Positions 53,244 to 64,000 of a stretch of 64,000 nucleotides of DNA are shown in pieces (within the stretch, counting starts at the first letter, position 1; the number at the start of each line of letters is the position of its first letter). Below the pieces are notes generated by a model. That model worked only from the letters and a program-made list of their open reading frames with translations. It searched no databases and had not been told where the DNA came from. The position numbers and the translations under genes are program-made. The stretch comes from Lepidodermella squamata (taxonomy: Eukaryota > Animalia > Gastrotricha), in the NCBI GenBank assembly GCA_047495785.1, contig JBLDXI010000001.1:3472001-3536000 (forward strand), written 5' to 3'.

Positions 53244-56200
53244 ATGCTTCCTGTAAATTTGCAACAATTTTTCAAACAAGGCTCGCCATCACTTGTGAGT
53301 CCACCGCCTCAACAGGGTGGCCAGCAACAACAAGAACCGAGGCCTGCTCTGTTCAACGGAAACGAGCCGCGACTGCCTGATGAAGCGCAGCAAATGTTTC
53401 GAATGCATTTCGCGCAAAACGGCTCGTCGGGCCATCAAAACGGCCAGGGTTTGACAATACGGCCGGTTGCGAATGGCACTTCAGCTCAACAGCCATCGCC
53501 GAACGATGCGTGGAAGTTCAAAGCGAACATGCCGTATGCGAGGCCGGGGGAGAATAACTCGGCTATGAACTCACCGGCAAATGCTCAGCAAAAAATGTTG
53601 TTACCCCTCGTGGGTTTAGCTAATATGTTAGCGAGCCAAGTCCCGCCGCCCCAGCCACCCCCGGCAATTCCCGCCCCGGTCGCAGTTCCAGCCCCGTCGC
53701 CGAATATGACGGAGAATGCTCAGGAGAACCCTCTCATGAACCCGCTACCTTTCGGCTCGTACTGGCCGGAAGATCTCGTCGTGCAACTGGCTCAACGGGG
53801 CATTTTAATCATGGGCCCGTTGCGGGTTAACCAACGCGATTACACGCAGTCTTTCGTACCTCACCCGACCGAAGACCTGGACGTCGCCATTCCAGGCGTT
53901 ACCCTGCGAAACGGCGCGATGAACGGCGATATATGCGCGGTTCAAATTCTGTCCCTCGAGCGAATCACCACCTTAATGCCGCAGAATGACGTTCAGCAAT
54001 TCTTTACGAATAAATCGAAAAATGCCGAAGATGGTAGCGATAATTCGGAGTTGCGCGCTATGTATGGCCGTGTTGTGTCAATCATGCGGAAAGTTCACCC
54101 GCGAGTTTGCGCTGGTACGCTGAAAAAGGCGCCGAATTTTGTCGGGGACGACCAGGCGTTCATGCTGAGCCCGGTCGACTCGCGAATCCCGCGCCTGCTC
54201 ATCCCGAGCGCTTCCATCCCGCCGGCGGTTCGGTCGAGTCTGACGCGGTACCAGGACATGATTTTCGTCGCTGATATCATCGACTGGCCGGATGTGAGGT
54301 TCGCGCGCGGGCAGTTGCGCCAGCAATTAGGCGTTCAGGGTGATTTGAAAACGGAATCGGACGCGATTTTGTGGTCGATTGGCATCGACCCGGAGAAGAC
54401 GCACGATTTCGGCGCGGAGGCTGTCGCGTGCCTGCCGCCGGCCGACTGGCAACCGCCGGCTTCTGACATCTCTTTCAGGCTGGATCTGCGCCAATCCTGC
54501 GTTTTTACCTGCGATCCGGCGACAGCGCGCGATTTGGACGATGCGATTTCCTGCGAATTTCTACCCTGCGGCGTTTTTGAGGTGGGTGTCCACATTGCGG
54601 ATGTGGCGTATTTCGTGCGGGAGGGCTCGGCGTTGGACGTTGTGGCTAGCCAACGAGCGACCTCGGTCTATCTCGCCGAACGAGTTGTGCCGATGTTGCC
54701 CGAGCGGCTCAGTTCGGACCTGTGCAGTTTGAACCCGGGCGTTGACCGCCTGACGTTTTCCGTCATCTGGCACTTGGACCCGGCTGGTAACGTGTTGTCC
54801 GAGTGGATAGGCCGGACGGTTATCCGGTCGTGTTGTAAGCTCAACTACGAAGTGGCGATGGATATCATCGATGAGAAGCCGGACGTTGTCACGCCGACGA
54901 TTTATGGCAATTTTACGCTGGATCATCTGAAGCAACGGCTCAAGTGGCTGCACCCGTTGACGCAGTCGTTGCGGCAACGGCGTGCGGCGTCAGGTGCGAT
55001 TTCGCTCGATCAAATCAAGCTGAAATTTTCACTGTCGCCTGATAACGGCCAACCGATGGGTTTTACGACTTACAAGCGAATGGGATCGAATGAACTCATC
55101 GAGGTAATTTTGATTTTTATAATTACAGCGGTTCCATGAGAATCAAAAACATGAAAAATATGCGAAAAAAGATTAGAAAGTCTAAAATGAGAGGCGAAGT
55201 CACATCCCATGGCCAAAAAACAATCAATTATGTTGCTTGTCAGTGGGATTGAAAAATCCCGAGAAATGTGGTCCAAACGGGTAAAATACCGAAAATTACC
55301 GAACAGTTACCATCGGGTTACTTCGAGTTTTCTTGGGTAAATTTTCAATTTTAAAATTGCGGATAGAAGTTGGGAGATGTTCCCGGCAGATTTTAGTTCA
55401 AAAAATATTCAAATTTCCTGCAAAAAGGTGCAAAAATAGGAAATGGTTGTGCAACTTATGGGACACGCTACAATTATATCTAAATATTTAGAAAATTACC
55501 TGGCCTTGGAATGTGAACCTATAATTTGATAGCTTCTAGGGTAGAATTGAGGGACAGGGGCTTGATTTTTGTTCTCTTATCCTCACTATGGGTCCACCCA
55601 TATCCGAATTCCTTTACTTTCTTATTGAAAAGGTTGAATCCGCTGAAAATGGGCGATTAGAGTCGTTTGAGCGTCTCGTGACTCAGTGACCGAAATATTT
55701 TTAACCGTTTTTTTTAATTAAATTTTTAATTAGGAGCTGATGCTTCTTGCGAATATGGCCGTGGCTCGTAAAATCCAAGTCCGCTACCCAGACCTGGCCG
55801 TCCTGCGCCGTCACCCGCCGCCGCAAAAGGGCGCCGCCGACCGGTTGGCGGAACGATTCGCCAAAATGGGCATCACTCTGGACTTCACGACGTCCGGCAC
55901 GCTGTCGGCCTCGATCAACCGGCTGTCAGGCACGACTCGAGTCGCGCTGCTCAACAACGTGATCCGCATCAACCAGCTGGCAGTCTACTTCCGATGCGAC
56001 ACGATGAAAGCGAACGGCTTCTCGCGGCACTACGCCCTCGCCTGTGACAGCTACACGCATTTCACGAGCCCGATTCGCCGATACGCCGACATTCTGGTCC
56101 ACCGGCAGCTAGCAGCCGCCTGCTACGGCACTACCTCGCCGGGCGAGGCGCGAGATATCGACCGAATTTTACGCGTTTGCAACGAACGGAAACAACTGGC

Positions 56201-56720
56201 GAGAAACGCGTCAGATGAATCATCCCGGCTGTACTACGCCGCCTTGCTACGCGAGGCCGGCCCGTCCTACGACCAGGGAATTGTTGTCGGCGTGTTGGAC
56301 CGAGCCTTCGACGTTCTAGTCATGGGTACCGGCATGGTGGCCCGGGTTTATACCGACGCGCTATTCGCCATGTTCAACCCGAATTACAATAAGCAAAATG
56401 GCAATAACAATGCTGAAAACAACGGTTTAGTCAAATTTGACAAGGCGAATGAGCTGCTTGAGGTGCAGCTGTTCTGCCCGACCGAAGTGCTAGTGCAGTA
56501 CCAGCAGGCGAAATCTGCTGATAATAACAGTGCGACGAATGGCGCGTGCTACGTCAAGGCGCAGAAAATTGCGAAGCAGGGCGCGACAATCACGGTTGCG
56601 ATTCGCCCCATGCTCGTCGTCGATCTGATCCTGCGCCACGCGCCGTCGAAAACCGACCCGTTACGCTGGGAGGCCGTTTTAGACCCGTCGGCGTTCATCA
56701 GCGTCGACAAATCTGCCTGA
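53244..56720 (+). CDS. DIS3L2: DIS3-like exonuclease 2; exons 53244-55103 and 55734-56720
   Basis: No PIN domain. Cold-shock region RNGAMNGD, then RNB catalytic DPATARDLDDA, LCSLNPGVDRL, LIEELMLLAN and YTHFTSPIRRYAD. Confidence 0.93.
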
Positions 56721-57187
56721 AATTGCTCGAAATAAAATGATTGCATAATTTCATGTTTCATCATAATTATTGTTATAATTCGAAAAAATGATCGATGCGA
56801 AAATGTTCTGTTGTGAAAATTCGATCTTCGTTCTTTCTTTCCTTATCTTCCCTGTGTAATTCCGGGCCGTTGACTGACTGAGTTTTAATTATTATTCTAG
56901 CTGATTAATTATTATTGTTAAAAAATCAATCTCTTGTGACAAGAGCCACTGGTGTTGTAAAAATGCGTGATATCTTGTATACAAATTTTGATGTTCAAAA
57001 AGTTCTTTTTTGTTATTATTCTCTGCTGAAAAGTGCGCTTTTTGTGACGAAATTTTCTCTTTTTTCGATAATAATTGGGACCAAAATAAAAACAACCAAA
57101 TTTGGCGATAAAATCGTCGTTCGTTTATTTTTGCGACAAAAAATCTATTCCGTGGAAATTAGAAAACAAGGTTAACGAAGAACAAGG

Positions 57188-57652
57188 TCATAGGGAATCG
57201 AGGGCGCAGGTCAGCAGTTTCGCAACTCTTGACGGTGTGCAGTCGGCCAGGGCGCATTTCAGGTACAGCTGAACATATCCCTGAAAAAAACATAAATAAA
57301 ACTACTAGAAAAATCCGCATTTCAAGTTTTGAAAAAAGCATCTATCAATCCCTAACTTCAGCCTCTTATCGTAGGTCAAAATTCAGGCAAGAACTAATAT
57401 TTCCATGAGCTGATTTGTTAAAATCGTTACCTCGTAACACACTGCGCACAACCGCTTGCAATTGAGAACATTTTTTCTCGATAGCCGAATCTTCAACCGC
57501 ACATTAGCTATTGGCATCCGCGTTGAACTCGAGTTCGGAAGATGATTATCTGAAGTTGTCGAATTTTGTTGTTCGCTGCTGCAGGCAATGTGATGAGCGA
57601 TGAGCAGAAGCACGAAAGCTTGCGCCGATATCAGAGTATATAATTGCGGCAT
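57188..57652 (-). CDS. Small secreted 6-Cys peptide precursor (eclosion-hormone-like spacing); exons 57652-57431 and 57280-57188
   Basis: A hydrophobic signal and an RK site precede CKRLCAVCYE|GYVQLYLKCALADCTPSRVAKLLTCALDSL*, joined through a GTAAC..TTTTCAG intron. Confidence 0.7.
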
Positions 57653-58553
57653 ATTTTTACTAGTAACGAATTCGAGCAAATCAACCACCGAGATGCCGGT
57701 TTTATAGCCCGAGCTGACAAGCGTTTTTACCCGCAAAATCGGAACGAGATCAGCTATCTCAGCACGCGGGCGTCGAAATTGATCAGATAACCATCTACGC
57801 CGGCTGAATTGCGCACATCGCGTGACTAATTAGCGGCACAGTCACTGCATCAACCAATCAGTACATGGGCTAGGAAAAAAATGACCACTTGACACAGTGA
57901 CGCATGACGCAATCACTGACACAGATAACATCGGTTTCAGTTCATCAATGCGCTCATTTTATTCTTTCAAATGAAATCGTTTCAACGAACCAGTTTTTAC
58001 GAATTTATATCAGCAGTTCTTTCTGCTTTTCATCGCTACAAAAAACACGTTTGTTTTTGCCCTAAATATAATACATCATGCGATAAATCAACAAAAAATT
58101 CACATTATATTCATCCGCTGCTTTTTAATAAAAGATTCAATGATTATTATAACATTAATATTGCCACGTTTGTATTGATAGTATTGTTGCAGTTGTTTTT
58201 TTTATACAAAGATTCGTAATTTTTCGTATAATAATCGAGAGTTGAATTTACGGGTGATCAAAATTGCTACGCGATGTTGAAAAATAGAGGTCATCATTAT
58301 TTATACACATGCACATCGACAGAATACTCATTTAAATTATTATTGTTTATCGTACAATATTTTCCGCAAAATAATATCGCCACAAAATCGAGCTGATTTC
58401 TTCCCGTCTAAAGCGTAACAAATCATCAAAGCTGTGTGGAAATTTGCGACCATTCATTATTTTCGTGATGAGCACGACGTGGCAAGGTACAAAAATATAC
58501 AGGGATGTTGATGAATAAGTGGAAGCAGCTTTTCCGAATCGTAGGTAATACTC

Positions 58554-61500
58554 TCACAAACCGGCGTAGGTTCGACCCAGGTCGCGCGGCACCGAGCCAA
58601 CACTCGTCGACAGCGCGGGCGGGGCTGCGCTGCTGCCGGGCGAAGACGCGCCAATTACGCCGATGCCGGAGGCCGATGGCTGGTGGCGTTCGTCGAGAAA
58701 CGGAAGCAGTAGCAGCAACTTGGCCCGGGTTAGACGCGAAAATTCGGGCTGTAGCCGGGTTAGCAGGTCAAAAGTAGTTCGCAAGTACGTCTGAAAATGA
58801 AAATTCGATATTAGTTGGATTTCATAAATTTGTTAATTTGCATAATTCGTCCAAATTCGCAAAAGCACCCATTAGCCACCAATTTTACACTGAAATTTCA
58901 AAATTTGTTCTAGCTTCAAATGTTACGAAGATTAAAAAGGTCCTATGACATGATCGGCGGGCATATAACACCTCAACGTTTCTCGAAATCTCGCCGTGAC
59001 TCAGGCCGTGACTTCAAGATCGTCATTCACGATTCTGACATGGAAGACCAGTCGCGATTTTTCATTTTCCCAACCCGCTGTTATTTGCCATGGATCATTT
59101 TCTACCGCAATCTTGCCGCGGACGGGTCATCAAGGTCGCCCCGCATCTTGACCCGGTTGCATACGATCCATATTGTACTACCGCTTGGTTTATGCGCGCC
59201 TGCGACGTGCTCGAAGCGCTGAGTATGTCGCTTTGGATGCCGCTTTACAACGACTTGTCGCCCGTTTCAATGAGGAAGGTTCCGTCTGGAGTGACTCTGA
59301 AATCCTTGAATATTGGGCGCGATCTCCCGCTGCTTCCGCGCCGAGGATGTCGACGCCGCGGACAACCAAATGAATCACGGGGAAAATCAAAGGGAATGAC
59401 TACTTGTCCTTGGCGTTCTTCTTTTTTAGATGCTTCTGATTTTTCTAGTTAATTGTATTCAATGAATTGCGTGGGGCAAAGTGTTTCGGGCGGAACGTGA
59501 ACATCTGTATAATGGGCTGAAACATTTATGGCGCTATCGTCGCCCAGTAACATAATTTTCTTAAGACTGCAATGACGTTTCGCGTACATGTACGGGCGAT
59601 AAATGTACGGGGGCGAAAGACAACTAGTCCTCCGAGTTTTTTCGAGACTCGAAAGTGTCTGGCACTGGAAAGAAATTTTTTTCGCTAAGCTGCTGTCCAT
59701 TGGTTCGAAATTCGCGAAACTAGCTAATACGTGATTAAAAAACCACTGATGTAATTTTGTAAAGCTTAAAGCCCAAAGTCTTCGATTTCATTCTATGGGA
59801 GGAAGGTCTGAGATTATCCCAGAATTTTCGGTTTCATCTTTGAATGAATGATATTGTTGCGAAAATACCAAAATTAAAAGCACAGAAAATCAATTCCATT
59901 AATATACGATCATTTCGAGTTCTAAAGAAAACTGGGTACCGAAAAGTAAGAAAACTGAGACCCAGAATTCTCAAAACCGAAATTAGTAGTGACCATCGAA
60001 ATTTGGTTGATATTAAATTATTCATTTTTTTGTATTAGTTTTTACTGCGAATTTTCATAATGCCTCAAAATTTCGTTAACATTCAAAAAATCACCGAAAC
60101 AGAATTTTTGAATTGCATTTAGACGTTACTACTGGCTTTTTCTTCTAAAAATCTTTTCAAATAATTATTTCCACATCATTCGAGTTAAATTAAATTCAAG
60201 GAAGCCAAAACTGCTCAGAAGAGTTAGAAAATGAGCCAAAATCCCAGAAAATGTCAAAATCAGAAGGTTAACATTTTTATAAAACAAGACTCACCTGAAG
60301 AGCTTGCCGCCGATTTTCGACAAATTCCGGCTTCTTATTGCCCATTGACTTTTTCGGTGGGAATGGCACCTTCCCAACCGCGTTCGGGTACCGCCTCCGC
60401 ATGGCCTGATGGAAGGCGTACATTTCCGAGTACCTCCGAAACACATTCCACTCATCGTCGCGAAGCCGCAAATAAATCTGGTAAATATGGTGCGGATTGC
60501 CGGCCGCTTTCAGAAAAACCAACGGCACCCAAACGTGGATCAACTGCTGATTCTGCCCGGCAGGAGGCGCAACTGGCACCGGAATTTGCTGTTGCTGCGC
60601 GTTCCTATTGCCCGTGACATCGGTATAGGCTCGATTTTTCAAACGCTGCTGCTGGTTATCACTAGGTTTCTCTTCGTCTTCGTCTTCATCAGGCGGTAAC
60701 GGACCCCGCAATGCTGTCAATTGCTGCCGATAATTTTTCAACTTCGTCTCTTTCGCCCGCAATTTTGTCTGCAATTTCTCGACAAATTCCAACAATTCAC
60801 CGTGCATTTCACTCAGTTCAACCATGCGTTTCTCAATTGCAGCATTCCCGAAATCACCGTTGTCCCCGTCGCCATTTTGCAGCGACGACGACGACGACGA
60901 GTGATTTTGCGTCTGTAACTGCGCGATATATTTCTTCAATTGCTGCTTTAATATATCGTTTTCTTTAGCAGAGGCCGAAATTCTCAATTGATGGGCTGAT
61001 ATTAAATCAGTCTCTCGCCGTCTTAAAGCGTCAACACTAGCCTCTAGTTCGATTAGCCTATCTCGGTATTCTGTCACTTTGGCCTCCATATCACGGGTTG
61101 ATTTCTCTAAAACTTGTTTCTCCTGCATCACGTTTAGTAGCAATTGTTTCAGTTCTGCGTACGAGTATTCATCACTCGCCTCGCGACTAGTTGGTTTTAC
61201 GACAACTTTCGCGCTCGAAGAGACAAATGGCAGCGATACTACAGACCGACTTTCGTGTATAACTTTGCTAGGTGTTTGGTTTTGTGTTAATTGCGATGTA
61301 GTAATTCCGCCACTGCCAGTACTCAACCGGCCGAGTGATTCTGCGACGGAGGAATTTTCGGAATTTTCAAGAATTACACCCCCTGCACTTTGCGATGGCG
61401 AGTTGTAAAGCGATTGGCGACTAGACGATTGCCTGATATCACTCAATGTAGACGAAGATAGCGGGACGGATGATTCGCTTGTTGGCACCACCGGAACCAT

Positions 61501-62406
61501 CCCATTGGTATCAAATGAAAGCCTAAAAATCATTGAAAAATCGAATATAAGCGAATTATTTCAATAATTTACAAACCCATAAGGCTGCATAGTTAACGAC
61601 TGATCAATTTCTTTATTTTCCTCTTCAATATTGTCAATGTCTTGCGAAGAGCCGGCGGCCCAGGCTGATAATACGTCGTTGTAAGAAGATGCACTCACAG
61701 CAGCTGAAAATTTAGCAAAAACCGTAAAAATGAATGAAGAAAATAAATTTTCGACTTACAGCTAACTGAAGTAAAACTTTCAGCATAAGGTCGACTTGGA
61801 ACAGATACCGGCATAGTAACATTGCCATCTTGCGCCGAAAACGAGAATAACATCGTCGATAAACAACCTGAAGTTAGCTGAATCAGCGCTGAAGGATCGG
61901 CTGATAACAAAGAAACAGCAGACCAAGGTTCGTAAAATTTCCTAAAAATTACCACTACGTTATCTCAGTTTAAGTCTTCAAAGATGATTGCACTTACTGG
62001 AGCAGTGATCGATTGGATAAAAGAAGCCGAAGATACTTGTCGAAAACACGGTCGTTCATAGTATTCTTGAGCCAAGCTATCACCCGTTTCTCGTCGCTTT
62101 CGAATTGGTTAAACCGGAATAATTCATCGGAAGGAATTAAATTTGAAATTATGAGCCAAGCACTTGGAAACTGATTGCGGCACGAAGTAGGCGATAGACC
62201 GTGATTGAACAGTGTTACCCATGCGTCAAGCAGTTGCCGAACTCTGGTTACAAATGAATAAGCATGCGCATATTTCGCATATTCATCAATCAATACCTAG
62301 TATCAGCTTCAGAAGCAACACGCCGCGCTCCACCGCCATATTCTTGCTGGCAAGTTTTAAGCGCCACAAATAAGTCGCTAACGACTTCCTCTGCTTTCCG
62401 ATCCAT
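58554..62406 (-). CDS. SNX29: Sorting nexin 29-like (RUN, coiled coil, PX), ~6 exons
   Basis: N-terminal ALKTCQQEYGG..VASEADTRV..HGL, RUN motifs AWL and FYEPWS, EMHGELLEF, and PX motif HHIYQIYLRLRDDEWNVFRRYSE..FPPKK..FVENRR. Confidence 0.88.
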
Positions 62407-62553
62407 CAACGCGAGTCATAAACTGACCCTAGCTTCAATAAGTAACAGGCATATCTAGATCAAAAAGCGTTCAAGGTCATACGAATAAGACAATAATTCA
62501 TAAAGCGATACAATTTTATTGTTGCAAATCAATTAACAAACAAGAATACTAGG

Positions 62554-63417
62554 TTAATGGCGACGTTCGCTTTTGTGACCCTTGTCACGGTCGCGATGCT
62601 TGGAATCATTATCGCGGCGCTCCGAATGTCGATCGTGCTTGTCCTTTTTGTGACGACCGCTGTCATGCTCCGCTTTACTGCTACTGCTGCTGCCACCAGC
62701 CGTTCCTTGAAGCTTCGACAGCTTGGCTAACAGCTTTTGTCGCTGATGGTCGGATAAGGAGCTGAGGAATTTCTCCTCTGGGTCGTCCTCGTTATTGCTA
62801 ATCAAAGCTTGATTGCGAGCAGAAGGTGCGAAACCACCAACGTTGTATCCCGAGCTGGATGAAGCAACACTCTGCTTCATCTCGATGCCTTGAAGAATTT
62901 CCAGAGTTTGCTTCTTCTGCGGATTAGCAATTTTTGAATAATCTGGCTCGGCTGTCAAGTTTTTGCCAAACAATGGGCAAAGCTTATCAGTATTCATGTG
63001 GCCCCACTGTTTGCATTTAATGCAACGAACATTGCGAACTTCGATGCCGAAAGGTTGATCAAGAATTTCATCCTTTCCCTTGGCATATTCTTCACGAGGG
63101 GCGTTGAATTTCTTCTGCCATTCAAACTTGACTTCAACTTTGTTTTTCTCTGCAGCCTCACGATCTTCCTTGCGGCAACCAGGTGGAGGCTCATACATAA
63201 AACTCAAACCAAGTTGGGCTTTCTCGTCACCAAGAAGGGCTTTATTCTGAGTTAACTCTTGCTCACGTTGATAAGCTGCCATGAGCTCGTCCTGCTTTTT
63301 CTTGTCAAATTCACTCTTTTGTTCGACCATCCATTTTCGCTTCAGGTTTTCGAAGTTTCCAGGGTGAAAAAACTTTTTGGACATATAGTTGTTGAAACCT
63401 TTCCCATGGCCCGGCAT
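62554..63417 (-). CDS. CIR1: Corepressor interacting with RBPJ 1 (intronless)
   Basis: [34 protein letters not shown], the [25 protein letters not shown] zinc knuckle, and an R/H/K-rich tail. Confidence 0.92.
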   Translation of the reverse strand: MPGHGKGFNNYMSKKFFHPGNFENLKRKWMVEQKSEFDKKKQDELMAAYQREQELTQNKALLGDEKAQLGLSFMYEPPPGCRKEDREAAEKNKVEVKFEWQKKFNAPREEYAKGKDEILDQPFGIEVRNVRCIKCKQWGHMNTDKLCPLFGKNLTAEPDYSKIANPQKKQTLEILQGIEMKQSVASSSSGYNVGGFAPSARNQALISNNEDDPEEKFLSSLSDHQRQKLLAKLSKLQGTAGGSSSSSKAEHDSGRHKKDKHDRHSERRDNDSKHRDRDKGHKSERRH

Positions 63418-63562
63418 TTTCTAGATTAAAACGGCTTTAAATAAGGATACTCTAGAAGAATAACACAATTAATTAGATTTAAAATTCAAGTTTTCACTGT
63501 CTCAGGCTGTTTAGGATGAGGCAAACTGCTAAACAAAAGAAACGCTGCTCAAGTTTGAATAA

Positions 63563-63598
63563 AAGTACAAGTACAAGTACAAGTGGCAGCAAAGTACA
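63563..63598. repeat. (AAGTAC)n short tandem repeat
   Basis: Directly visible. Confidence 0.7.
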
Positions 63599-64000
63599 AA
63601 AGTGTAAAAGTTCTCCGACAACAGCGGCAAACTACGGTATACGGTAGTAAAAGCTTTAATTCTGGATTGCTCTAATACTGTATTGAAGTAGCTTCCAAAG
63701 TGTGTTAGGTAACGGAGAATGAAGATTTGTCATTGACGTCCTTTCATCATCATCTTTTGGGGCTTTGAAATGCCAGCAAAAGCAGAGGCCTGCCAAAGAA
63801 TTCTCGATAAAATTAAAATTAAGAAGTGTCAAGGCCAATTGAGCGTCTATAAAGAGTAAAATTTTAGCAACAAAGTAAATTTTCTAATAATTTGGTTAAC
63901 GCGAAAAACAGTAAAATATCGTTTGAAAAAAATCTCTCATTCCGCTAGCCGCATGTGTTTCTCCAAAATCCGAAACCGGAACCGTGAAGCTAAGCAGCGT

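Overview
Compact animal (metazoan invertebrate) nuclear DNA with mostly very short (~45-60 nt) spliceosomal introns. It is not prokaryotic; the metazoan call rests on DGCR8/Pasha and CACHD1. Bases 1-11 kb are an accessory region holding three intact, patchwork-recombined tandem copies of an unknown three-exon secreted protein, a tRNA cluster (intact Glu-TTC and Phe-GAA plus several decayed tRNAs) and several MITEs. Bases 11-64 kb hold conserved genes: BLTP3/UHRF1BP1, PRMT1, two RTE-like LINE fragments, GFER/ERV1, a 9-bp-TSD Mutator-like element, a claudin-like gene, PLC-delta, a very tight minus-strand run DCAF7-PET100-archease-FDX2, a plus-strand run DGCR8-CACHD1-DIS3L2, a 6-Cys neuropeptide-like precursor, SNX29 and CIR1. 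The most notable observations are: (1) the PET100 stop codon overlaps the archease start codon (TAATG) inside an operon-like cluster, implying a bicistronic mRNA or alternative cis/trans-splicing; (2) ~140-nt intergenic gaps suggest operons; (3) an eclosion-hormone-like peptide gene is missed by the ORF track; (4) a GT8-like pseudogene lies antisense inside a CACHD1 intron. Gene models were spliced by eye and gene identities come from recognised motifs, not database searches.
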